From: Gemmatimonadales bacterium
GTDB lineage: Bacteria; Gemmatimonadota; Gemmatimonadetes; Gemmatimonadales; GWC2-71-9
DNA length: 64,000 nt
Assembly (NCBI GenBank): GCA_046260395.1
Contig: JBHEPH010000006.1
Location: 10,236 to 74,235 of the forward strand
Direction: 5' to 3'
Shown in pieces: positions 31,671 to 41,301 of the stretch. Below the pieces are notes generated by a model. That model was given only the letters and a program-made list of their open reading frames with translations, made no database searches and was not told the origin of the DNA. How positions within the stretch are numbered: position 1 is the first letter of the stretch; each line of letters begins with the position of its first letter. The position numbers and the translations under genes were made by a program.

Positions 31671-32027
31671 CTAGAAATGCGGGGCGCCCGTCGGGCTGGT
31701 TGGCGCCGGGGCGGGGGGCTGGTCCTCGGTGTCGGCGTCGGCCACCAGGGTGCGCAACTCCTTGCTGGGCTTGAACACCGGCACCGGGCGGGCGGCAACT
31801 TCCACCGGCTCACCGGTGCGGGGATTCCGCGCCATGCGGGTCTTGCGCTTGCGGATCTTGAAGGTGCCAAACCCGCGCACCTCAATGTTTTGCTGTTCCT
31901 TGAGTGCCAGCTTGATGGCATCGAGGAACGCATCAACCACCCGCGCGCAGTCCTTCTTGGAGATGAGCGGCCCCGCGGTGCGGGCCATCGCGGCGGTCAC
32001 CTGTTCGACGAGGTCGGCCTTGGTCAT
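31671..32027 (-). CDS. HU/IHF-family DNA-binding protein with a Pro/Ala-rich C-terminal tail
   Basis: Track ORF 31671..32078, trimmed to the ATG at 32027 (MTKADLVEQV...RGFGTFKIRKRKTRMARNPRTGEPVEV...). It has a ~25-aa acidic/PAPA tail. Confidence 0.85.
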   Translation of the reverse strand: MTKADLVEQVTAAMARTAGPLISKKDCARVVDAFLDAIKLALKEQQNIEVRGFGTFKIRKRKTRMARNPRTGEPVEVAARPVPVFKPSKELRTLVADADTEDQPPAPAPTSPTGAPHF

Positions 32028-32114
32028 GCGTCCCCCAGCATGGGTTACCGGGTCCGGAACCTCCCCCGGGCGCATCAATCACTAGGCCGATACTACGAGC
32101 TTACCTGTTGTCTG

Positions 32115-33266
32115 TCAAGAGGTTGCGGCTCTTGGGGTGGCTCGCTGCCGCATCAGCTCAAGGAATTCCTCGAAATGTGGATAAGCGTCATGCGGTCCCG
32201 GAGCCGCCTCGGGGTGGTATTGGACGGCGAACACCGGAAGTTGTTTGTGGCGAATACCTTCCACCGTTCCGTCGTTCAAGTTGAGGTGGGTAACCTCCAG
32301 GTCAGGGGCTCCCGGCACCCCATCCACGCCTCCAGCCAGCGCAAACCCGTGGTTCTGAGCGGTAATCAGCACCCTGCCCGTGGTCATGTCCCGGACCGGA
32401 TGATTGCCACCCCGGTGGCCGTAGGGCAGCTTCACCGTCCGGCCCCCGAAGGCCAGTCCGAGCAACTGGTGTCCCAGGCAGATCCCGAAGGTGGGGGTGC
32501 CACTGCCAGTCAGGGTGGCAATGGTCTCGAGGGCATAGCCGATCGCTTCGGGGTCGCCGGGACCGTTCGAGAGGAAGATCCCGTCCGGCTTGAGCGCCAG
32601 CACCTCGTCGGCCGTGGTCTCCGCCGGAACAACGGTCACGCGGCATCCGGCTGCCACCAGCATGTCGACGATATTCCGCTTCATCCCGAAGTCGAAGGCC
32701 ACCACATGCGGGCCGTCCCCGCCCGCCGCGTATGCCTGCTCCACGGAGGCCTTGCTCGCCAGTTCCTGCCCTACCATGGACGGCGAGGCCTCCAGGCTGG
32801 CCCGCAGCGCCTCGGTCGGGGCCGCGCCCTCCGCAATCACGCCGCGCATGGCCCCGCGGGAGCGGATGTGGCGGGTGAGCTGCCGGGTGTCCACCCCCTC
32901 GAGAATGGGGATGCCAGCGGCAGCCAGCCAATCGGCGAGCGAACCGGTCGCGCGCCAGTTCGATGGGCGCCGGCTCAGTTCCCGCACCACGACGCCGCGT
33001 ACCTGCGGCTTCCGGGATTCCATGTCCGCCAGGTTGATCCCGTAGTTGCCGATCATTGGGGCCGTCATCACCACGACCTGGCCCATGTAGCTGGGATCGG
33101 TGAAGGTCTCCTGGTACCCGGTCAGGTTGGTGGTGAAGACCACCTCGCCGAACGCCGGGTCCACCGGACCGTGAGTCGTTCCGGGGAACCAGGTACCGTC
33201 CTCCAGCAAGACAAAAGCGGGGCGGCCGGATGTCCGGTCGCCCCGCTCCGTGGAAGCCTCCGGCAT
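32115..33266 (-). CDS. carA: carbamoyl-phosphate synthase small (glutaminase) subunit
   Basis: 383-aa ORF with the GATase triad region GICLGHQLL and HPE. Confidence 0.95.
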   Translation of the reverse strand: MPEASTERGDRTSGRPAFVLLEDGTWFPGTTHGPVDPAFGEVVFTTNLTGYQETFTDPSYMGQVVVMTAPMIGNYGINLADMESRKPQVRGVVVRELSRRPSNWRATGSLADWLAAAGIPILEGVDTRQLTRHIRSRGAMRGVIAEGAAPTEALRASLEASPSMVGQELASKASVEQAYAAGGDGPHVVAFDFGMKRNIVDMLVAAGCRVTVVPAETTADEVLALKPDGIFLSNGPGDPEAIGYALETIATLTGSGTPTFGICLGHQLLGLAFGGRTVKLPYGHRGGNHPVRDMTTGRVLITAQNHGFALAGGVDGVPGAPDLEVTHLNLNDGTVEGIRHKQLPVFAVQYHPEAAPGPHDAYPHFEEFLELMRQRATPRAATS

Positions 33267-33619
33267 CAGTTGCTGTCCGGCACCGTCGGCGGCGCCACGA
33301 TGTCGGTCAGTGGCGACGCGCCCGGGGCCGGGGCCTGCTGCTGTTGCTGCTGCAGCTGGAGTTGGCGCTGCACGTCCGTCATGGTGGTGGTGCGATTGGC
33401 CGCCACGAAGGACAGAATCAGGGCCAGTCCCATGAAGATGCCGCCCAGCCAGCGCGTGGAGGTTGTCAACAGCGTGACCGCCTGCCGGCCACCCATCACC
33501 ATGTCCGTCGTGCCGCCACCAAGCGACGCGAGCCCACCGCCCTGGCCGGCCTGGAGGAGCACCACCACCGAGAGCAGCAGGGCATCAATGATCAGCAATG
33601 TCACGAGAAAAGCGTACAT
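33266..33619 (-). CDS. secG: preprotein translocase subunit SecG with a Gln-rich C-terminal extension
   Basis: 117-aa [35 protein letters not shown]... (typical SecG), followed by ...[16 protein letters not shown]... Confidence 0.8.
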   Translation of the reverse strand: MYAFLVTLLIIDALLLSVVVLLQAGQGGGLASLGGGTTDMVMGGRQAVTLLTTSTRWLGGIFMGLALILSFVAANRTTTMTDVQRQLQLQQQQQQAPAPGASPLTDIVAPPTVPDSN

Positions 33620-33676
33620 GTACCCGGTTTCCGGTTAGGGCCTAGCCTTGAAATATAGGGTTTCGCCTCCACAGGG

Positions 33677-34423
33677 TCAATCACCCAGCGCCACGATCGC
33701 GGCCCAGCCCTCAGGGTCGAGACTCGCGCCGCCAACCAGCACGCCGTCGACCTCCTCCTCGGCCAGCAGCGTGGCGGCATTGCCGAGGTTGACGGAGCCG
33801 CCGTAGAGGATCCGATTGTTCGTCCCGCCCTGTTTCGCGAGTTCGGCCCGCAGTACGGCATGCACCGCCGCGGCGTCCCCGGGGGTGGCGTTCCGACCCG
33901 TCCCGATCGCCCAGACCGGTTCATAGGCCACCACCACCCGGCCAACCACTTCCTCAGCAAGCCCCTCAACCGCCACCATGAGTTGGCGGACTACAACGGC
34001 TTCCGTCTCGCCCCGGTCCCGTTCGTCGAGCTTTTCCCCGACACAGAGGACCGGCGTCAACCCCCCGTCCAGGACTGCCCTGAGCTTGCGGGCTGTCTCG
34101 GGCTCGGTCTCGCCAAACACATGGCGGCGCTCCGAGTGGCCCACGAGGGCCATGGTGGCGCCAGCCGCGGCAGCGAGGGGCACTGACACGGCTCCTGTGT
34201 AGGCGCCCTTCAATTCCCAGTGCACGTCCTGCACCCCCACCTGGAACCGATGGTCGCCCTCGAGTGCAATGGCCACCGCCTCGAGTGAGACGGCGGGCGG
34301 AAAGAGCGCCACGTCGGCCGGGAGGTCGGCGGGCAGGAGTTCGCGGCACCGCGTCACGTAGTGCCGCGCCTCGGCCGGACCGAGATGCATCTTCCAGTTG
34401 GCGGCGAACAGGCGCCGCCTCAC
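33677..34423 (-). CDS. tpiA: triosephosphate isomerase
   Basis: 248-aa ORF with the AYEPVWAIGTG motif. Confidence 0.95.
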   Translation of the reverse strand: MRRRLFAANWKMHLGPAEARHYVTRCRELLPADLPADVALFPPAVSLEAVAIALEGDHRFQVGVQDVHWELKGAYTGAVSVPLAAAAGATMALVGHSERRHVFGETEPETARKLRAVLDGGLTPVLCVGEKLDERDRGETEAVVVRQLMVAVEGLAEEVVGRVVVAYEPVWAIGTGRNATPGDAAAVHAVLRAELAKQGGTNNRILYGGSVNLGNAATLLAEEEVDGVLVGGASLDPEGWAAIVALGD

Positions 34424-35613
34424 GCGGGGTCCAGGGCGGCGACCCCAGGCAGGGTCTTGCCTTCCATGAACTCCAAGGCGGCGCCCCCACCGGTGGAGAG
34501 GTGGGTCACCCGGTCGGCCAGCCCGGCCTTGACCAGCGCCGCGGCCGAATCGCCGCCCCCGACCACCGTGATGGTACCCCTCGAGGTCGCCTCGGCCATC
34601 GCATACGCGATCCCCAGCGTCCCCTGGTCGAACCCGCGAACCTCGAACACCCCCATCGGTCCATTCCAGATGACGGTGCCCGCCGACATGATCTCGGCGG
34701 CATACGCCTTCACCGTCGCCGGATCTATGTCGTACACCGCCCAGCCGGGGGAGATGCGGTCGCGGGGGACGACCTGGGTGGTGATCCCCTCGCGAAGCTC
34801 CGGGCCCAGGACCGCGCCACCCGGAATGCGAAGCTTGCCGGCAGCTTTTTCCATGAGCGATCGGGCCATTTCCAGCCGATCGTCCTCCACCAGGGACTGA
34901 CCCACTTCGAGGCCCATCGCCTTGAAGAAGGTACAGGCCATGGCGCCACCGACCAGGATCCGATCCACCCGGGGCAGCAGGGCCTCTATCAGGTCAATCT
35001 TGCCGGAAATCTTGGCGCCACCCAGGACAGCGACAAACGGTCGCTTCGGGGTATCGAGTGCGTCACCCAGGAACTTGAGCTCTCGCTCCATGAGGAAGCC
35101 CGCCACGGCCGGCTTCAGGAGGTGGGCCACGCCCTCCGTACTCGCGTGGGCCCGGTGAGCGGAGCCGAACGCGTCATTGACGTAGAGGTCACCGAGCCGC
35201 GCCAGCTGTTGGGCAAACGCCGGGTCGTTCTGCTCCTCGCCGGGGTGGAAGCGCATGTTTTCCAGCATCGCGACCGCACCACGCGGCAGGCGACGCGTCA
35301 GCGCCTCGGCGCCCTCCGCCAGGGGCTCCTCCACGAAGGTGACCGGACTGCCGAGGATTGCCTCAAGGCGGGCCACCACGGGCTTCAGGGAGAAGGCGGC
35401 ATCCGGGCCATCCTTCGGCCGCCCGAAGTGTGAACAGAGGATGACCCGGGCGCCGTTCTCGCGCAGATGGCGGATGGTCGGCAACGCCGCCCGGATCCTG
35501 GTGTCGTCGGTGACGACCCCATTCGTGACCGGGCAGTTGAAATCCACCCGGACCAGCGCCCGCTGCCCGTCGAGCCGGTTGGCCTCCAGCGCGCGCAGGG
35601 AGCGCTGCCTCAC
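34420..35613 (-). CDS. pgk: phosphoglycerate kinase
   Basis: 397-aa ORF with RVDFNCP and STGGGA motifs. It overlaps gap and tpiA. Confidence 0.95.
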   Translation of the reverse strand: MRQRSLRALEANRLDGQRALVRVDFNCPVTNGVVTDDTRIRAALPTIRHLRENGARVILCSHFGRPKDGPDAAFSLKPVVARLEAILGSPVTFVEEPLAEGAEALTRRLPRGAVAMLENMRFHPGEEQNDPAFAQQLARLGDLYVNDAFGSAHRAHASTEGVAHLLKPAVAGFLMERELKFLGDALDTPKRPFVAVLGGAKISGKIDLIEALLPRVDRILVGGAMACTFFKAMGLEVGQSLVEDDRLEMARSLMEKAAGKLRIPGGAVLGPELREGITTQVVPRDRISPGWAVYDIDPATVKAYAAEIMSAGTVIWNGPMGVFEVRGFDQGTLGIAYAMAEATSRGTITVVGGGDSAAALVKAGLADRVTHLSTGGGAALEFMEGKTLPGVAALDPA

Positions 35614-36620
35614 TCGCGGCTCCCCATGTACCGCAGCAGGTCCACGCAGCGCGCCGAGTAGCCCATCTCGTTGTCGTACCAGGAGGAGACATGCACCATG
35701 GTGCCCTCGAGCACGTTGGTCGACAGGGCGTCGATCGTGCTGGACATCAGGTTGCCGGTATAATCGACGGAGACCAGCGGTTCGTCGCTCACCGCCAGGA
35801 CTCCCTTCAGATCGCCCCCGGCGGCGGTGCGGAACGCGGCGTTGACCTCGTCGATACTGGTGCTCTTTTCTACGATGCAGGTCAGGTCCACGAGGGACAC
35901 ATCCGCCGTCGGCACGCGCAGTGCCACGCCGTCGATCTTCCCCTTCACCTCGGGGATCACCAGCGAGGTGGCCTTGGCCGCCCCGGTGCTGGTGGGGATG
36001 ATGCTCAGCGCCGCGGCACGGGCCCGCCGGAGATCCTTGTGCGGCAGGTCCAGGATCATCTGGTCATTGGTGTACGAGTGAACCGTGGTCATGAATCCGC
36101 GGGCAAACCCAAAGGAGTCCATGATGACACGGACCATCGGCACGAGGCAGTTGGTGGTGCAACTGGCGTTGGAGATCACCTGGTGCGCCGCCGGGTCGAA
36201 CTTCGTGTGGTTCACCCCGAAGACGATGGTGATATCCTCCTGCTTGGCCGGCGCCGAAATCACGACACGCTTGGCCCCCGCGGCCAGGTGCTTGGCCGCG
36301 GAATCGCGGTCGGTGAACCGGCCGGTGGACTCAAGGACATAGTCCACGCCCAGGTCTTTCCAGGGCAGCTGGGCCGGGTCTTTCTCCGAGAGAACCTTCA
36401 CCGTCTTGCCATTGATGACCAGACCGGCGTCGCTGGCCGCGACGTCGCCCTGGAAGCGCCGGTGCACGGAGTCCCAGGTCAACAGGTGGGCCAGGGTTTT
36501 CGTGTCGGTGAGGTCATTGACCGCCACCAGTTCCAGGTCATCGACCCCCATCTGGGTCATCGCCCGCACCACGTTGCGCCCGATCCTGCCGAAACCGTTG
36601 ATGGCAATTCGCTTCGTCAT
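35610..36620 (-). CDS. gap: glyceraldehyde-3-phosphate dehydrogenase
   Basis: 336-aa ORF with INGFGRIGR and the active-site SNASCTTNC. Confidence 0.95.
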   Translation of the reverse strand: MTKRIAINGFGRIGRNVVRAMTQMGVDDLELVAVNDLTDTKTLAHLLTWDSVHRRFQGDVAASDAGLVINGKTVKVLSEKDPAQLPWKDLGVDYVLESTGRFTDRDSAAKHLAAGAKRVVISAPAKQEDITIVFGVNHTKFDPAAHQVISNASCTTNCLVPMVRVIMDSFGFARGFMTTVHSYTNDQMILDLPHKDLRRARAAALSIIPTSTGAAKATSLVIPEVKGKIDGVALRVPTADVSLVDLTCIVEKSTSIDEVNAAFRTAAGGDLKGVLAVSDEPLVSVDYTGNLMSSTIDALSTNVLEGTMVHVSSWYDNEMGYSARCVDLLRYMGSRE

Positions 36621-37378
36621 GTCCAGTCCTCGAAAGGGTCCGTCGTAGTAAGGTCATCCAGTGGCCGCCGGGCGCGCGCAAAGGTTACCGCCCCTACGCG
36701 GAGCGCCCCGGCCGCCAGGAGGGCGGTGGCCGCCTCCACCAACGTGGCCCCCGTCGTGAACACATCGTCCACGAGGACGAGGCGCCTGCCACGCACCCCT
36801 GCCCCCGCCCGGAACGCCCCGGCCAGATTGGCCCGGCGTGCGTCCGGCGTGAGTCGAGTTTGGGTCACCGTCTCCCGAACCCGCGACAGGGCGGCCTCCG
36901 TGACGGGCAGGCCCAGCAGGTTCGCGAGCGGCTGCGCCAGCGCGACGCTTTGATTATAACCGCGGCGCCGGCGCCGGGCGCTGCCCAGCGGTACCGGAAC
37001 CAGCGCATCGGCCCAGTCGAGCGGGTCGAGCCGCCGCATGGCGGGGGCCATTGCCTCGCCGAGCCGCCACCAGCCCTCGTACTTGAGCAGGTGGACGGCC
37101 CGCCGCGCCGAGTCGTTCATCCAGCAGGCGCTGCTGACGCCGGTCACCTCCAGCGGCCAGCCGGGACAGATCCGGCATTCCAGTTCGCCATCCTTCGGCT
37201 GCCCACATCGGTCACACCAGGGTGGCGCGATCGGGGTCCACCGGGAGCGGCAGACGCTGCATGCCAGTGCATCTCCATCGGAGGCAGGCAGCGGCTCCCT
37301 GCAGAGCAGACACGACGGCGGGAGGAGCCAACGCTCCAACCCCGCCAGCGTGCTGGCCAGTTCAGGCCAGGCCAGCAC
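36617..37378 (-). CDS. comF: ComF-family phosphoribosyltransferase-domain protein
   Basis: 253-aa ORF with an N-terminal double CxxC zinc-finger region and a C-terminal PRTase motif VLVDDVFTTGATL. Confidence 0.75.
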   Translation of the reverse strand: MLAWPELASTLAGLERWLLPPSCLLCREPLPASDGDALACSVCRSRWTPIAPPWCDRCGQPKDGELECRICPGWPLEVTGVSSACWMNDSARRAVHLLKYEGWWRLGEAMAPAMRRLDPLDWADALVPVPLGSARRRRRGYNQSVALAQPLANLLGLPVTEAALSRVRETVTQTRLTPDARRANLAGAFRAGAGVRGRRLVLVDDVFTTGATLVEAATALLAAGALRVGAVTFARARRPLDDLTTTDPFEDWT

Positions 37379-38159
37379 GGAGCGCTGCCCTCATGATTTC
37401 TGCGGGGGGTTCAACCTCCGGGAACCAACGGCGGAACGAGGCGATCCCCTGCCCCAGGAGCACCTCACGGCCGTCGGCGGCCGCGAGCCCGATGGCGTGC
37501 GCCGCACGAACCAGCGGGGTGCCACCTCGCGCATAGACCAGGTCCAGCACCGCGCGCGCGCCTGGCGCCTCAGGGAAGGCAAGCGGCGGGGGGTCGGAAG
37601 CCTTGAGTCCCAGCGGCGTCGCGTTCACAACCAGGTCGCACTCCGTGGCGTCAACAACACCGATGCCCATCTCAGCGGCGCGGTTCGCCAGCGCCACCGC
37701 TCGTTCCGGACTGCGCGAGCGGATCGCGACGGATGCACCCCCGCGCCGCGCCGCCTCCAGGCAACCCAGCGCGCTGCCACCAGTCCCGATGATCAGCCAG
37801 CCAGACCACTCACCTCCAAGCATGGCGAGCGCATGCTCGACTCCATCAGGATCCGTATTGTCGCCGACCAGCATGCCCGCCTTGCCCCAGAAGGTGTTGC
37901 AGGCGCCGGTTCCGACTGCCGGCCCGCTGTCGAGCGCCGCCGCGGCGACCGGCTTGTGCGGGATCGTGATGTTGCCGCCGCCTTCGGCATCGGCCAGCGC
38001 ATGCATGAGCGGTTCCACACGCGCCGGGGCACAGTCCAGGGCCACGTATACCGCGTCGAGCCCCAGCGCACGGAACGCAGCATTGTGCATCGCCGGGCTC
38101 AGGGAGTGCCCGACTGGCCGGCCGAGGACCGCGAACACGCGCGTGTTACCGCTGATCAC
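37362..38159 (-). CDS. aroE: shikimate dehydrogenase
   Basis: Track ORF 37362..38285, trimmed to the GTG at 38159 (VISGNTRVFAVLGRPVGHSLSPAMHNAAF...NITIPHK...). The exact start is uncertain. Confidence 0.85.
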   Translation of the reverse strand: MISGNTRVFAVLGRPVGHSLSPAMHNAAFRALGLDAVYVALDCAPARVEPLMHALADAEGGGNITIPHKPVAAAALDSGPAVGTGACNTFWGKAGMLVGDNTDPDGVEHALAMLGGEWSGWLIIGTGGSALGCLEAARRGGASVAIRSRSPERAVALANRAAEMGIGVVDATECDLVVNATPLGLKASDPPPLAFPEAPGARAVLDLVYARGGTPLVRAAHAIGLAAADGREVLLGQGIASFRRWFPEVEPPAEIMRAALRAGLA

Positions 38160-38637
38160 GGACGACCTCCCTGGACAGGCGGTCTCGCACTCCAGCCATG
38201 AGGTGGGCGAGATGGTGGAGCGTCTCGCGGTAGGCGTGGACGTCGCTGCCGAAGGGATCCGGGATCTCTTCACTGCCCGCCTCACCCGCGGCGTACTCGC
38301 CGAGGAGCATGACCTTCCCGGATCCGCCGAGTTCCTCGATGCGCCGCACGTGGCTGCGGGACATCGCGAGGATCAGGTTCGCCGAGCGGACCATCTCCGG
38401 TCTGAGCAGCGCGGCCCGGTGGGCCGAGAGATCGAGCCCCTCCTCCAGCGCCACCAGGTAGGCGCCCTCCGATGCGGGATCACCGTCGACGGCCCGCGCG
38501 CCAGCCGAGGAGACCGTGATACCGCCGGGCCCCTCCTGTACGAGGAGCTGTTCAAGCAGCGCCGCAGCCAGCGGGCTCCGGCAGGTGTTCCCGGTGCAGA
38601 CCAGCAGCACATGGTACGGCGAGGTCATGGCGCCCAC
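38146..38637 (-). CDS. low-molecular-weight protein tyrosine/arginine phosphatase
   Basis: 163-aa ORF with the P-loop CTGNTCRS and a DPF(G) aspartate loop. It is adjacent to tsaC, as ywlE-ywlC are in Bacillus. Confidence 0.85.
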   Translation of the reverse strand: MGAMTSPYHVLLVCTGNTCRSPLAAALLEQLLVQEGPGGITVSSAGARAVDGDPASEGAYLVALEEGLDLSAHRAALLRPEMVRSANLILAMSRSHVRRIEELGGSGKVMLLGEYAAGEAGSEEIPDPFGSDVHAYRETLHHLAHLMAGVRDRLSREVVRDQR

Positions 38638-39275
38638 CGCCCGGCCCCACGTCTCAGTTCAGCACGGGGAATGGCCCCCTCACGAATCATCAACGGCAGG
38701 TTGGTGGTGCAGTCCACCAGGGTCGACGGCGGCACGTTGCCCAGCACCCCGCCGTCGAGCACAAGAAGCGTGCCGTCTTCGACCGCAGTGCGGAACAGCT
38801 CCTGCAACCCGCTGGCCCCAGCGGCTGGCGGTGTGCCGGGCCGGTTGGCGGAGGTGGAGGTGAGCGGGTGACCGAGGCCAGCCACCAGGTGCGCCACGAG
38901 ACGATGCGACGTATGGCGCACGGCAAAGCCTCCTTCGGGACCTCGCAACATGTCCGGGAGCTTCCCCTCACCGCCGCGCAGCACGAGCGTCAGCGGGCCT
39001 GGCCAGAACGCATCCGCCATGACCTTTGCAGCGGCCGTGAAGACCAGGCCCCACTCCTCGGCCATCAGCCGACTGGACACGAGCAGGAGGAACGGCTTGC
39101 GTGGCGGCCGCCGCTTGAGCGCCGAGAGGGCCACCAGCCCGGCCGCAACGGGCGCCGATCCGAGTCCATAGACCGTCTCGGTCGGATAGGCCAGGAGGCC
39201 ATCGCGGGCGAATTGCTCGCGCACCACGGGGATCGCCGCCTCGGCGTGGGCGACGGTCATGAAGGGAAGCATCAT
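38625..39275 (-). CDS. tsaC: L-threonylcarbamoyladenylate synthase (TsaC/YrdC/Sua5 family)
   Basis: 216-aa ORF with PTETVYGLG and SANRPG motifs. Confidence 0.85.
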   Translation of the reverse strand: MMLPFMTVAHAEAAIPVVREQFARDGLLAYPTETVYGLGSAPVAAGLVALSALKRRPPRKPFLLLVSSRLMAEEWGLVFTAAAKVMADAFWPGPLTLVLRGGEGKLPDMLRGPEGGFAVRHTSHRLVAHLVAGLGHPLTSTSANRPGTPPAAGASGLQELFRTAVEDGTLLVLDGGVLGNVPPSTLVDCTTNLPLMIREGAIPRAELRRGAGRWAP

Positions 39276-39952
39276 GGCGCCGCCCGCAGGATCATGGCCA
39301 CCAGCGCGAAATCGTCAGGGGTGGTCACCTTGATGTTCCGCGGCGAGTCCGGCACCACGACCACCTCGTGACCGAGGGACTCCACCAGCGTCGCCTCGTC
39401 GGTCGCCCCACCGCGGGACGACGCATAGGCGCGCTCCAGCATGCGGCGCGGGAATCCCTGGGGGGTCTGGGCGCGCCACAGGCCGTCACGCGGGACGGTG
39501 GCGGTGATCCGCCCCTCCGCGGAAACCGCTTTCAGCGTATCGCTGACGGGGAACGCGGCGATGGCGCCACGACCAGCCCGGGCGTGCGCCAGGATGTGCT
39601 CGAGGACCGCCTCGTCCACCACGGGCCGGGCCCCGTCGTGCACGACGATGACCGAGCAGGTGGACGGCAGTACCGCCAGGCCGGCCATCGCGGAATCCTG
39701 CCGCGTCGCCCCGCCGGCCACCACGAGCAGTCGGTCACCGACCAGCTCCGCCAGCCAGGCCGGCGGAGCTGCCGCATCCGCTGCGGGCAGCACCAGGACG
39801 ACGGTGTCCACCGCGGGGTGCCGGAGGAACGGGCGCAGCGTGTGCAGCACGAGTGGCACCCCTGCCACCTCCCGAAACTGTTTCGGGGTGCCCCCGCCGG
39901 CCCGAACGCCCTGTCCGGCCGCCACCACGACGACTCCGACGTCACGCAGCAA
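39272..39952 (-). CDS. ispD: 2-C-methyl-D-erythritol 4-phosphate cytidylyltransferase
   Basis: Track ORF 39272..40213, trimmed to the TTG at 39952 (xLRDVGVVVVAAGQGVRAGGGTPKQF...). The start is uncertain. Its stop overlaps the tsaC start. Confidence 0.8.
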   Translation of the reverse strand: MLRDVGVVVVAAGQGVRAGGGTPKQFREVAGVPLVLHTLRPFLRHPAVDTVVLVLPAADAAAPPAWLAELVGDRLLVVAGGATRQDSAMAGLAVLPSTCSVIVVHDGARPVVDEAVLEHILAHARAGRGAIAAFPVSDTLKAVSAEGRITATVPRDGLWRAQTPQGFPRRMLERAYASSRGGATDEATLVESLGHEVVVVPDSPRNIKVTTPDDFALVAMILRAAP

Positions 39953-41300
39953 GGGAGCGTACCAGGCGGTCCACGTGGTCGAGTCCCTCCAGGCGGATCC
40001 CGTCGAGCCGAATCTTGCCCTGCCGGTCGGAGCTGAAGGCCCGCTGGAATCCGAGCCGGCTCGCCTCCCCAAGTCGCCGCTCCAAGCCTGCCACCGGGCG
40101 GATCTCTCCCCCCAGCCCAATCTCTCCGAGGTAGAGCGCGTCGGCCGGGGTGGCCCGGTTGTGAAGGCTGGAGAGCAGCGCAGCCGCCACGGCGAGGTCG
40201 GCCCCGGGCTCACTCAGGCGCACGCCGGCGCTGACCTGCACGAACACGTCGAGCTGCGCGAAGCTGGCGCCGCCCCGGCGTTCAAGCACGGCCAGCAGGA
40301 CGGCGAGGCGCTTGGGATCCACGCCGGTGGCCACGCGCTGCGGCGTGCCATAACCACTGGGTGCGGCGAGCGCCTGCACTTCCACGAGGACCGGCCGGGT
40401 GCCCTCCATGAGCGCGGTGACGGCGCTGCCCGAAGTCCCCGTGGCACGGGCCGCGAGGAATACGGCGGACGGGTTCGCCACGCCGACCAACCCCTGCCCC
40501 GTCATGGTGAACACGCCGAGTTCGTCCACGGACCCGTAGCGGTTCTTGGTGGCGCGCAGGAGGCGATAATCGAGGGAGGCTTCCCCTTCGAAATACAGCA
40601 CCGTGTCCACGATGTGCTCGAGGGTCTTGGGCCCCGCGATGCCGCCGCCCTTGGTGACGTGCCCCACGACGATCACCGCCGTGCCACTGTCCTTGGCAAA
40701 TCGCATGAGGCGGGCGGCGGACTCCCGCACCTGACCGACGCTGCCCGGGGCGCTCTCCAGCACGTCGGTGTAGGCGGTCTGGATCGAGTCCACGATCAGC
40801 ACCTGAGCCTGCACCGCCTTCGCCAGGTCCACCACCGATTCCAGCCGCGTCTCACCCGCCACCAGGACCTGCCCGGCATCCTCCTCGAGCCGGTCGGCCC
40901 GCATGCGGAGCTGTTCGGCCGACTCCTCGCCGCTGGCGTAGAGGGTGCGTCGGCCGGCCCCCTCGAGCCGCGCCGCCGCCTGCAGCAGCAGCGTGGACTT
41001 GCCGATTCCCGGTTCGCCACCGATCAGGGTCATCGAGCCGGGGACCAGCCCGCCGCCCAGCACGAAGTCGAGTTCGGGAATCCCGGTGGTCCACCGCGTC
41101 AGGCGGTCGGCCTCGACCTCGCCGAGGCGCTTGGCGGCCACGGTGCCGCGCCCGGCCGCACGCGCCCTGGGCGCGAGGGAGACCACCAGCGGCTCCTCCG
41201 CCACGGTGTTCCACTCCCCGCACGCCTCGCAGCGCCCCGACCATTTCGGATGATCGTGGCCGCACTCGGTGCAGCGATACACCGACCGGGCCCGGGCCAT
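39942..41300 (-). CDS. radA: DNA repair protein RadA
   Basis: Track ORF 39942..41372, trimmed to the ATG at 41300 (MARARSVYRCTECGHDHPKWSGRCEACGEWNT). It has Walker A GEPGIGKST, the KNRYG motif, and a Lon-like C-terminus. Confidence 0.95.
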   Translation of the reverse strand: MARARSVYRCTECGHDHPKWSGRCEACGEWNTVAEEPLVVSLAPRARAAGRGTVAAKRLGEVEADRLTRWTTGIPELDFVLGGGLVPGSMTLIGGEPGIGKSTLLLQAAARLEGAGRRTLYASGEESAEQLRMRADRLEEDAGQVLVAGETRLESVVDLAKAVQAQVLIVDSIQTAYTDVLESAPGSVGQVRESAARLMRFAKDSGTAVIVVGHVTKGGGIAGPKTLEHIVDTVLYFEGEASLDYRLLRATKNRYGSVDELGVFTMTGQGLVGVANPSAVFLAARATGTSGSAVTALMEGTRPVLVEVQALAAPSGYGTPQRVATGVDPKRLAVLLAVLERRGGASFAQLDVFVQVSAGVRLSEPGADLAVAAALLSSLHNRATPADALYLGEIGLGGEIRPVAGLERRLGEASRLGFQRAFSSDRQGKIRLDGIRLEGLDHVDRLVRSLAA

Positions 41301-41301
41301 C

